Source: Streptosporangiaceae bacterium
GTDB taxonomy: Bacteria > Actinomycetota > Actinomycetes > Streptosporangiales > Streptosporangiaceae
Assembly: GCA_036497045.1 (NCBI GenBank)
Contig: DASXKD010000048.1
Coordinates: forward strand, 1-61,284
Length of the DNA stretch: 61,284 nucleotides
Direction of reading: 5' to 3'
Below the pieces are notes generated by a model. That model had not been told where the DNA came from. It did no database searches and saw only the letters and a program-made list of their open reading frames with translations. Position numbers and translations under genes: made by a program. Positions 26,832-34,655 of the stretch are shown here, in pieces; positions within the stretch are counted from its first letter, which is position 1; the number at the start of each line of letters is the position of its first letter.

Positions 26832-27107
26832 ATGATGGGCATGCTTGGCCGGACCAGCGACCACGAATGGTCGCAGCGGCATCTGTCGCACTACGTCGAG
26901 GGTGAACTGCGCCCCCGTGCGCGGCGCCGCCTCGACCGCCACGCGCGTGGCTGCACGGACTGCGGCCGCGGCATCCGCGCGATGCGTGCGCTGGTGTACG
27001 CGGTGCAGGGACTCGATGGGCTAGCAGGCGTCCGCGCGCCTGCAGCCATCTTCGACCGGGTCCGGCTGGCCGGGGCCAGCGGCTCTGCTTCATCGCAGCA
27101 CGCCTGA
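26832..27107 (+). CDS. Small zinc-finger (zf-HC2/ZAS-type) anti-sigma factor, no TM segment
   Basis: HLSHYVEGELRPRARRRLDRHARGCTDCGRGIRAMRAL contains the H-x3-C-x2-C motif. RBS GGGAGGGAG is upstream. Confidence 0.7.
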   Translation: MMGMLGRTSDHEWSQRHLSHYVEGELRPRARRRLDRHARGCTDCGRGIRAMRALVYAVQGLDGLAGVRAPAAIFDRVRLAGASGSASSQHA

Positions 27108-27203
27108 TGCCGCCGCGGGGGCGCGTGATGCCGCCAGGGGGGCACGTGATGCCGCCATGGGGGCACGGGGAACGGGTACCAGGCAGGAGCGCGTGATGCC
27201 GCC
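27105..27203. repeat. Triplicated 21-nt stop/start junction (TGATGCCGCCnnGGGGGCnCG x3) plus a fourth partial copy at the sigma factor start
   Basis: Full units at 27105, 27126 and 27147. A 26-nt spacer follows, then TGATGCCGCC at 27194. Copy 1 contains the anti-sigma stop codon and copy 4 contains the sigma ATG (27196). Confidence 0.9.
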
Positions 27204-27792
27204 GGACGGCGACGTTCCCGATCCCGCGCAGACGGAGGCAAGCCTGCTCGCTCGCGCCCAGGCCGGGGACGTGGCCGCGTTCGAGCGGCTCTCCGGTGCG
27301 TACGCCGATCGCCTGTTCATGCTGCTGCTCCGACTGCTTGGCGACCCAGCCGAAGCCGAAGACGTGGCCCAGGAGGTCATGCTGCGCGCCTGGCGGGGCA
27401 TCACCAGGTTCCGTGGCCAGTCCAGTTACTTCACCTGGCTCTACCGGATCGCGGTCAACGAGGCCAATCGCGCGCTGGAGAAGCGGGCCCGCCGGCCGGC
27501 CGGGGCCTCGATCGGAGCGCGGGAACTGGAACTGCCCGCCGCCCCGGAGGAGGAGCCTTCCCGGCAAGCCGAGAACAGCGAACTGCGCAGGGCTCTGGGC
27601 CGGGCCCTGGCCGGCCTGCCGCCCCCGCTGCGCACCGCAATCGTGCTGCGGGATGTCGAAGGGCTCTCCACGCAGGAGGCCGCGGAGATCGCCGGCGTCG
27701 GCCAGGCCGCCTTCAAGAGCCGACTGCACCAGGCGCGGCTACGGGTCCGCGCCGCCGTCGGTGACGAGGCCCTGGTCAGCTCCGGCGGATGA
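27196..27792 (+). CDS. ECF-type sigma-70 family RNA polymerase sigma factor
   Basis: LLARAQAGDVAAFERLSGAYADRLFMLLLRLLGDPAEAEDVAQEV is region 2. LRDVEGLSTQEAAEIAGVGQAAFKSRLHQAR is region 4. Start taken at the ATG at 27196 within ORF 27157-27792. Confidence 0.85.
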   Translation: MPPDGDVPDPAQTEASLLARAQAGDVAAFERLSGAYADRLFMLLLRLLGDPAEAEDVAQEVMLRAWRGITRFRGQSSYFTWLYRIAVNEANRALEKRARRPAGASIGARELELPAAPEEEPSRQAENSELRRALGRALAGLPPPLRTAIVLRDVEGLSTQEAAEIAGVGQAAFKSRLHQARLRVRAAVGDEALVSSGG

Positions 27793-27949
27793 GCCGCCGC
27801 CTGCGGCATCGACCGGATCGGTGGGCCCGGCCAGGCTACCAGGCTGCAATTTCTGGCGCCGTGGTGAACCGTTCCGCGTCCATTCCCGTAACTCTTTAGG
27901 GGGTCCTTGCGCCGTTCTGCAGAACTGCCAGCACATCGGGAAGCCGGCT

Positions 27950-29253
27950 ATGCAGACAAAGGTCAAAGCACTGATCACGGCGGGGACGGTGGTCGCGGTG
28001 GCGCTCGGCACAGCCGTCGCCGCGGACGCGGCGATCGTCACCTCTCAAGCCAGCCTGGTCAACGGACAGCTGACCATCGTGGGCTCTGGAGCGGTCCCGG
28101 GGTCCAATGTCTCGGTGGATGACGGCCCGACCATGGGTGCGGCCGACGCCCAGGGCAACTTCACCATCTCCGCCAGCGGATTCAGCGAGCCCAGTTGCAT
28201 CACCCTGACCAGCAGCAACCCGAAGGCGGACGTGTACTCACGTCCGTCGTGGTTCCCGCGGGCCAGGGGCAGAAGAGCTTCACGATCCGCCCGCTGCAGG
28301 TCCTCAGCCCGGCCAGCCTCACGCTGAGCGCCGCGATCGGCAGCCAGTCCGCCAGCGCGCCGCTGACCGTCGACCCGGCCAGCCTCATGCAGATCGACAT
28401 CGGCGCCGGGCCGCCCACCCCGAACGTCTTCACCGGCGGAACCCCGCAGATCGGCTCGATCCTGACCAACGGGGTCGCGCCGGTCGGCAACACCTTCAAC
28501 CTGTCCGGCAACTCACCGGCGGCCTGCGTCCCGGCCACCGTGGACGTCCTCCCCGGCCAGCTGCCGACCTTCAACATCACCACCCAGCAGGTGACCACCA
28601 TCACGCCGGTGGTCATCACGGCCACCTGGCGGGGCCAGAGCATCAAGGTGAACATGACCCTCCAGCCGCCGCCATCGCTCCAGGCGCCGGCGACCGGGGC
28701 GAGCGTCCCTACGGGCCAGGTAGTCATCTTCCGCGGGCACACTCCACACGGGCTGTCCTCGCAACTCCAGGTCGCCGACAACCCGTCCTTCAACAACCCA
28801 TTCGTGGACTTCGACACCAACACCGCCCAGGCCTGGGCGGTCATGTCGCTGCCCAGCGGCAAGCTGTACGGGCGGGTGCTCGGCGTCGACCCCTACGGCG
28901 TGGAAGGGCCACAGCCGGCGGTCCGCACGCTCACCGTCAAGCCACCCAGCGGGCCGTTGCCCGCGCCGGTGCTGGAGTTTCCGGCGAACGGGGCCACGGT
29001 GACCGCGGGACAGCAGGTTTCGTTCTTCTGGAAGCCGGTCACCGGCGCGGCGTCCTACGAGCTTCAGGTCGCGAACAATGCGTCGTTCACGCCGCCACTG
29101 GTCCTCGACCGTATGCCCAAGGGCAATCAGGTCAACACCAGCACGCTTCCGGTCGGGAGCCTCTTCTGGCGGGTCCGGGCCATGGACTCCCTGGGCAAGC
29201 CAGGAGCTTGGTCGCCCACCTTCCAGCTGACCGTCGCCGCTGGCGGCGGGTGA
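27950..29253 (+). pseudogene. Secreted repeat-domain (Ig/FN3-like) protein split by a frameshift near 28230-28240
   Basis: The signal peptide MQTKVKALITAGTVVAVALGTAVAADA is in the frame of ORF 27296-28327, and high GC3 in that frame ends around 28236. The protein continues in the frame of ORF 28195-29253 (LTSVVVPAGQGQKSFTIRPLQV..., two FxWxPV..ASYELQV-type modules). This pattern fits a 1-nt deletion or a sequencing error. Confidence 0.6.
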
Positions 29254-29264
29254 CCTATCGCTGC

Positions 29265-29290
29265 GGCCCGGCCGGGACTCAGGCCGGGCC
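29265..29290 (+). terminator. GC-rich hairpin after the secreted-protein gene
   Basis: GGCCCGGCC (29265-29273) pairs with GGCCGGGCC (29282-29290) around an 8-nt loop. Confidence 0.4.
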
Positions 29291-29418
29291 AGAACGTCGC
29301 GCCGGGCTCAGGGGTCAGGCCGGCCTGCGGGCGATGAAGACGAACTCAAGCCCGGGCCGGTCGGGAGCGTCCCTGACCTCGTCAACGACCAGGCCGGCCG
29401 CGCGAGAGCGGCCGACGG

Positions 29419-29865
29419 TCAGTGCGCGTACTTGTGTACCAGGTCGCCGACCTGCGGGAGCGCGGCCTGGATGTGCTTGCCGGCGCTGCCGCGGACGGAG
29501 CGGTATGCCTTGACGATCACGGGCCGGCCGGAGGCCGCGGCGCGGGCATCGGTCACCTCGAGCATCGCCTCGGCCACCTCATCGCCGCGCTTGGTCAGAT
29601 AGTCGCCGAAGTCGGCGCCGCCGGAGGCCAGGAAGTCGGCCCAGAACGGCTGAAGGTTGTCCGCCATCCCCGGAAGCAGGGTTCCCACCATTTTCCGGAC
29701 GTGACCAGGGGCGAACGTGTTCGCCGTCTTGTAGGCGAGCTTGACCGCGGTCCCGGAGATACCTGACTTCTCGGCGACCTCGCGCTCGATCAGCATGTTG
29801 CAGTCGGCGATCACTTGAGGCTTGGTCTCCGGCGCGAGCAGGATCTCGTGAAGCGTGGCTGCCAT
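29419..29865 (-). CDS. Conserved-looking hypothetical protein (148 aa)
   Basis: Balanced composition: MAATLHEILLAPETKPQVIADCNMLIEREVAEKSGISGTAVKLAYKTANTF... No recognisable catalytic motif. Confidence 0.65.
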   Translation of the reverse strand: MAATLHEILLAPETKPQVIADCNMLIEREVAEKSGISGTAVKLAYKTANTFAPGHVRKMVGTLLPGMADNLQPFWADFLASGGADFGDYLTKRGDEVAEAMLEVTDARAAASGRPVIVKAYRSVRGSAGKHIQAALPQVGDLVHKYAH

Positions 29866-30066
29866 GGGTCTGTTCTTCTCCTTGTCACTGGGGCATTGCC
29901 CGTCGAATCCCGCACGCGCACCGAGCGAGTCCCCGCCGGGCCGGATGGCCAGGCTTCGCTCACATCGGGGCCCGCCTAAGTTACCGTGCCCGGGGTCGGT
30001 CCGTTGTAGGAACTTCGTGACGACCTGAGTGACCCTTCCAGGCGGGAGCCGGACTGCTGCCGCGGA

Positions 30067-30429
30067 TCAGCCCGTACCGGCCGGATGCGCCGGATCCGAC
30101 TCGGTCACCGTGGCGGCGGCCAGCGCTCCTGGTCCCCCGCCGGACGTGCCGAGCGTCGCGAGCCGGGCCACGCCCAGGCCGTCGGCAACCGCATGCGCAT
30201 CGGCGGCGATCGACGCGAGTCCGAACCGCGCGGCAGTGGAACCGCCATATCCGGGCCGGTCGAAGGTCACGAGCCGGACGCCCTGCCCGGCCGCCGCCTG
30301 CTCACCGAAGGACAGGTCAAGCCTGGAGCCCGGGGTCCCATGGAAGTAGATCACCACGGCACCGTCGGGATCCCCGGCGTCACGGACCCGCAGTACCCGG
30401 TCCCCTCGGTCTATCTCAATCTCGTGCAC
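30067..30429 (-). pseudogene. Truncated alpha/beta hydrolase (N-terminal ~120 aa only)
   Basis: VVIYFHGTPGSRLD...FDRPGYGGS...the nucleophile elbow LGTSGGG. The ORF then ends. The remaining ~200 nt before the next gene is too short to hold the missing C-terminal half. Confidence 0.6.
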
Positions 30430-30528
30430 CCGTTTAGTGTCTTATGCAACGGCGGTAGGCTGCCAGACTTTCGGCAGACAGGGCACCTGCGCCGTAACCC
30501 TGCACGGATCACCGAGGCGGAGGCCCCG

Positions 30529-31209
30529 ATGATAAAAGTTGCGGAGTCGCCCCCCGGGCCCGGCCGTCATGTGCTCACCCCGCGCCAGCGCGCGATTCTT
30601 CAGTTCATCGAGGAGTACGCGGCGGCCAACGGCTGTGCACCGAGCGCCCAGGAAATGGCGCAAGGGGTGGGCCTGAAAAGCAGGTCCAGCGCCCATTACC
30701 ACATACAGAAATTGAAGGCTGCAGGTTACCTGAACAACGCGGCGGGCGCACCGCGCACCGTCAGGGTGAGGCGGGCCGGCCAGAAAGCCAAACGGAAGCC
30801 GGGTCCCGCTGGCCCGGAGAAGGTGGTCTGGGTGCCGGTGATCGGGCAGGTCGCGGCGGGTGAGCCGATCCCGCCCCTCGCATCGGTTCAGGACCGCCTC
30901 CCGCTGCCCAAGGAGATGGTCGGCGCGGAAGAAGGGCTCTTCATATTGAAAGTTGTCGGCGATTCCATGACCGGCGCCGGGATCTTTCCCGGCGACTGGG
31001 TGGTGGTACGCCGCCTGTATGAACGGCCCCAGAACGGTGACATCGTGGCCGCGCTGCTCGCCGGGTTCGAGGAGGAGGGCACCGTCAAGACCTACCGGAA
31101 GGTTGACCGGCGCGTCTGGCTGATGCCGCACAACCCGGCCTACCTGCCCATCCCCGGCGACAAGGCGACGATCCACGGCAAAGTGGTGGCCGTGCTGCGG
31201 CAGATGTGA
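30529..31209 (+). CDS. lexA: LexA-like repressor (S24 peptidase), probable paralogue with atypical codon usage
   Basis: RBS GAGGCGGAGG is upstream. wHTH LTPRQRAILQFIEEYAAANGCAPSAQEMAQGVGLKSRSSAHYHIQKLKAAGYL. Cleavage site VAAGEP. Catalytic KVVGDSM (Ser) and GTVKTYRK (Lys). C-terminus HNPAYLPIPGDKATIHGKVVAVLRQM. Start taken at the ATG at 30529 inside ORF 30085-31209. Confidence 0.85.
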   Translation: MIKVAESPPGPGRHVLTPRQRAILQFIEEYAAANGCAPSAQEMAQGVGLKSRSSAHYHIQKLKAAGYLNNAAGAPRTVRVRRAGQKAKRKPGPAGPEKVVWVPVIGQVAAGEPIPPLASVQDRLPLPKEMVGAEEGLFILKVVGDSMTGAGIFPGDWVVVRRLYERPQNGDIVAALLAGFEEEGTVKTYRKVDRRVWLMPHNPAYLPIPGDKATIHGKVVAVLRQM

Positions 31210-31230
31210 ACGCCTACAGGCAGGCATCCC

Positions 31231-31269
31231 GCAAGCTGGCACCCCGGAAGCTGGCGTGCGGAAGCTGAC
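31231..31269. repeat. Three direct repeats G(C/G)AAGCTG(G/A)C spaced 15 and 14 nt
   Basis: GCAAGCTGGC (31231), GGAAGCTGGC (31246) and GGAAGCTGAC (31260). They lie in the convergent lexA-like/MarR intergenic region. A CTGTCAC...GTGACAG inverted pair follows (to about 31324). Confidence 0.5.
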
Positions 31270-31351
31270 TGTCACGGAAAGAGGCACCATTCGCCTGCAC
31301 GCCGTCAAGATTCTTGTGTGACAGCTGCAGGCCGGCCAGCGCCCGGGGGCG

Positions 31352-31834
31352 TCACGACTCGCCAGCGGCGGAGTTGGCTGACGAGAGCCGGTGCCAGAGT
31401 TGCTGGAGCACCTCCCGGTCGGCGGCCGAGGTGGCGGCGAGGAAGGTGCGCCGCAGCACCGTGTTGTGGGTGTGCCGGGCGGCCCGCAATACCCGGCCGC
31501 CCTTGTCGGTGAGCACGGTGAACCACTTGCGGCGATCGGCCGGATCGATCTCACGTTTGACCAGGCCGTCGCGTTCCAGTCGGGTCACCAGGTGGGTAGT
31601 GCCCGCAGGGCTGAGCATCGCCTGGTGGGCCAGCGCCGACATGCCGATCCGGTGATCGGGAGCGTTGAACAACGTGATCAGCACGTCGAACTCGGTGACC
31701 GCCAGCTTGTGCTGTTGGCGCAGCTCGGTGTCCAGATCTTGCAGAACTGTGCGGTGCAGCATCAGCAGCGCGGCCCACGACTCCCACTCCTCCGGCTCCA
31801 TGAACTCAGGGCCGTCAGCACCTGACCGCTCCAT
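31352..31834 (-). CDS. MarR-family transcriptional regulator
   Basis: LAVTEFDVLITLFNAPDHRIGMSALAHQAMLSPAGTTHLVTRLERDGLVKRE. Confidence 0.85.
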   Translation of the reverse strand: MERSGADGPEFMEPEEWESWAALLMLHRTVLQDLDTELRQQHKLAVTEFDVLITLFNAPDHRIGMSALAHQAMLSPAGTTHLVTRLERDGLVKREIDPADRRKWFTVLTDKGGRVLRAARHTHNTVLRRTFLAATSAADREVLQQLWHRLSSANSAAGES

Positions 31835-32142
31835 ACACCCAGCATATTTCTTTCGGTAAGAAAATACTATAGACCCTGGCGCTCGCTCTGGCCGGCGCAG
31901 GCCGCTGGCCAGGGCGGCATCCCCGCCGGGTGACTGACGAGATGCGATACGCCGGCCGTGCGCAACCCGGAATCACAGCATCGCCCGGTCGCCGGCAACC
32001 CCGAAAAATGGGGCAGTTGCCCGATGCGCCAACTCGTAAAGCGCCTGTACTGCTTAGACCTAGCGCGGGTAATGCGGTCCCGCGGACGGGGATGGCAGTC
32101 GGCCAGGCCGCGACGGTGGCCTGGCCGCGAGCAGGAGGCGAC

Positions 32143-32508
32143 GTGAACGGCAAGGCGGTTATCAGCTTGACGACAGGGCTGGAGGATCCCGAGAAGGTCA
32201 CGGTGGCCTTCCTGGTCGCGGTGGCAGCGGCCGAGCAGGGGCGCCCGACCCTGATGTTCGTCACCAAGGAGGCCGTCCGGCTTACTCTGGAGGGCGTGGC
32301 CCAGGGGGTGGCCTGTGAGGGCTGCCCGCCCCTGGCCGACCTGACCAAGCGCTACGCCGAAGCAGGCGGGCGGTACCTGACGTGCCCCATCTGCTTCAAC
32401 TCCCGGCACCTGGCCGAAGACAGCCTGGTGGTGAACGCCTCGCTTGGCGGCACGGTGCCCCTGTGGGAGTGGATCGGCGATGAGCCCGCGACCACGTTCA
32501 GCTATTGA
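32143..32508 (+). CDS. DsrE/DsrF-like family protein
   Basis: AGGAGG lies 5 nt before the GTG at 32143. MNGKAVISLTTGLEDPEKVTVAFLVAVAAAEQG...MFVTKEAV. Cys pairs CEGC and CPIC. Confidence 0.7.
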   Translation: MNGKAVISLTTGLEDPEKVTVAFLVAVAAAEQGRPTLMFVTKEAVRLTLEGVAQGVACEGCPPLADLTKRYAEAGGRYLTCPICFNSRHLAEDSLVVNASLGGTVPLWEWIGDEPATTFSY

Positions 32509-32526
32509 TCACGGCCGGAGGAACTG

Positions 32527-32919
32527 ATGGATTCGCAAGGTGAACGCTTCGCGCGAGCTGTCGCGCACCAGGACGCGGACGCGCTGTGCGCGGTGCTGGC
32601 CGGCACGGTCGACTTCCAGGCCCTGACGCCGCGGCGGCACTGGCAGGCCAGCACCGGCAGGCAGGCAGCCGAGGAGATCATCCTTGGCCAGTGGTTCGAT
32701 GCCGGGACGCAGATCGTGGAGCTGTGCTCGGTGGCCACCGGGCAGGTAGCGGACTGTGCGCACGTCGCCTACCGGATGCACGTGCGCGAGGCCGGCGACG
32801 ACTACCTGGTCGAGCAGCAGGCCTACTACCGTACCGACGGCCCACGCATCACCTGGATGCGAATCCTGTGCTCGGGGTACCGGCCGATGGTGGCGGAGCC
32901 AGCGGCGGCACGCGGGTAA
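32527..32919 (+). CDS. SnoaL/NTF2-like hypothetical protein
   Basis: 130 aa, ERFARAVAHQDADALCAVLAGTVDFQAL...YYRTDGPRITWMRILCSGY. Confidence 0.6.
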   Translation: MDSQGERFARAVAHQDADALCAVLAGTVDFQALTPRRHWQASTGRQAAEEIILGQWFDAGTQIVELCSVATGQVADCAHVAYRMHVREAGDDYLVEQQAYYRTDGPRITWMRILCSGYRPMVAEPAAARG

Positions 32920-32925
32920 CCGGGG

Positions 32926-34539
32926 TCACCGCGAACGGCCGGCCTGGCCGGCCTCGGCGGCACCGGTGCCGGAGGTGCTGGACGAGTCGCCGATCAGCGC
33001 GTGGTTGGCTGCGAACAGGCTGGCAAGCGCCCGGTTGGTGGTGCCTGTCTTGGCGTAGATGTGCTCGACGTGGTGACTGACCGTCTTGCGGGAGATGACG
33101 AGGCGCTCGGCGATCTGTCTGTTTGACAGGCCGCGGGCCAGCAAGCGGAGCACCTCGACCTCACGGCCGGTCAGCCCGGATGGCCTGGCGGGCCTGCGAG
33201 TGGCCGGGTGACCGGCGGCGGACAGGACGGCTTCCGCCGCTCCCCCGTCGAGCCTGCCCGCCCGCACCTCGGCCCGCAGTTGAGCCGCTGCCTCCCCGGC
33301 CGTGCTCGCGGGCCGGTGCGGCCGCGGCTCGGTCCGCGCGTGGTAGAAATCGGCGGCCGCAAGCACCCGGCCCCCCGGGCTCACCGCCCCACCGGACAAC
33401 CCGCGCGGGTAGCCAGAACCGTCCAGGCGCTCATGGTGCTGCGCTGCGATGGCGGCCAGCGGGGCGAGCGCGGGCGAGCACACCAGCATGCGCTCGGTGA
33501 GATAGGGATGCAGCCGCACGCGTTCGGTTTCCGCGTGGCTGAGCCCGCCTGGCTTGTCCCAGATCGTGTTCGGCACACCGAGGCGCCCCAGGTCATGCAC
33601 AAGCCCGGCCTGGCGGACCAGGGTCACTTCCTGGCTGTCCAGCCCGAAGATACGCGCGGACCCGCCTGCCAGGTCGGCCACGCCGCGCGAATGGCCGAGG
33701 GTGTACGGAGACTTGACGTCGGTGAAGTCCGCAATGGCCTCCAGCGCGGCGTCGAACGCCGCACCGGTCAAGCGCATCCCCTGGCCCGGCTCCGCCCCGA
33801 GGACAGCGTCCCAGTTGCTGGCCTCGTCCAGACCGGCGAACAACGCCGGCGCCTGATCCACGAAGACATCCACGACCTGCGGATCGAACTGCGTCCCGCG
33901 CCGCTGCCTTGCTACGGCGACCGCGGCGTCGATGCCGCCGGCCCGGTGGAAGATCTCGACCACGTCCGCGAGCGTGACCAGCCGGGAGGTCACGAGGATC
34001 TCCTCGCCCTGCACGCCCTTGGGGACGCCCTTGCCGTCCCAGCGCTCGAAGGTCTGCTCCACGCTGTCGCGAACCTGCTGGGGCAGGCCGAGCCGTGCCG
34101 CCAGCCCGTCCGCCGCGAGCCAGTGGTTCTCCAGCATGGCTTCTGCGGCCCGCCGCCCCTCGCCGGGGAAGGCGGCCCCGATCCTGGCCCGCTCCAGCAA
34201 GGGCCTGCCCGCGCCGAGGTGACGGAGCATGAACATCGGGCCAGCGAGGCCGGTGAAGTCGACGCGCCTGAAGTCGGTCTTGAGCGCCGTGTCGTCGCCG
34301 AACCACTTCGCCTGCTCGTAGGCATCCACGTGGCAGCCCACCCAGGCCACCAACGCCGTGTAGTACACGACCTCCTGATCGGCCCCGGCCAGGCCCAGGT
34401 GCCTGGCCAGTCGCAAGCAGATCAGGCACTGGCGAAGCACATGCTCCATGGGCTGGCCCATGCCCAGGTCGGCAGCCAGCGACAGGACGGCCAGCAACTC
34501 GGCTATACGCACATCCGAGCGGGCCGATGGCTCGGTCAT
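32926..34539 (-). CDS. HD-GYP-domain protein fused to a C-terminal LuxR-type HTH
   Basis: N-terminal HD-like module. Second module HSRGVADLA...LVHDLGRLG...HHERLDGSGYPRGL (HD-GYP). C-terminal LTGREVEVLRLLARGLSNRQIAERLVISRKTVSHHVEHIYAKTG. Confidence 0.85.
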   Translation of the reverse strand: MTEPSARSDVRIAELLAVLSLAADLGMGQPMEHVLRQCLICLRLARHLGLAGADQEVVYYTALVAWVGCHVDAYEQAKWFGDDTALKTDFRRVDFTGLAGPMFMLRHLGAGRPLLERARIGAAFPGEGRRAAEAMLENHWLAADGLAARLGLPQQVRDSVEQTFERWDGKGVPKGVQGEEILVTSRLVTLADVVEIFHRAGGIDAAVAVARQRRGTQFDPQVVDVFVDQAPALFAGLDEASNWDAVLGAEPGQGMRLTGAAFDAALEAIADFTDVKSPYTLGHSRGVADLAGGSARIFGLDSQEVTLVRQAGLVHDLGRLGVPNTIWDKPGGLSHAETERVRLHPYLTERMLVCSPALAPLAAIAAQHHERLDGSGYPRGLSGGAVSPGGRVLAAADFYHARTEPRPHRPASTAGEAAAQLRAEVRAGRLDGGAAEAVLSAAGHPATRRPARPSGLTGREVEVLRLLARGLSNRQIAERLVISRKTVSHHVEHIYAKTGTTNRALASLFAANHALIGDSSSTSGTGAAEAGQAGRSR

Positions 34540-34655
34540 GGCTATGAATATACGCAGCTAGATCAGGGTCTCCGGAGTTTGGTTGCCGCGCCAGCGATGA
34601 TTATCGGGGCGGGCGGGCGTCCCATGAGGCATACCGCACAACGGAGGGTCACGAC

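Noticed and set aside
27105-27167. Tandem repeats here, and at 4217-4368 and 14164-14253, considered as CRISPR-like arrays.
   Set aside because: The units are contiguous with no spacers. They are in phase with coding or junction sequence, and no cas genes are present.
28229-28244. Programmed ribosomal frameshifting at the break in the secreted-protein gene.
   Set aside because: There is no slippery heptamer or homopolymer at the site. A 1-nt deletion or a sequencing error is the simpler explanation.
29315-29415. Minus-strand fragment resembling a methyltransferase C-terminus.
   Set aside because: It is only about 33 codons with no start. I treat it as a possible relic, not a gene. It is mentioned in the decay-zone finding.
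30457-30474. CTGCC-N8-GGCAG upstream of the lexA-like gene considered as an E. coli-type CTGT-N8-ACAG SOS box.
   Set aside because: The spacing (CTG-N12-CAG) and the bases do not fit that consensus. I keep it only as a candidate private operator.
31503-31525. Exact TTGTCGGTG (the RecA-NDp -35-like element).
   Set aside because: It lies inside the MarR coding sequence. The hexamer 8 nt downstream is GAACCA, not TAnnnT. It is most likely a chance occurrence.
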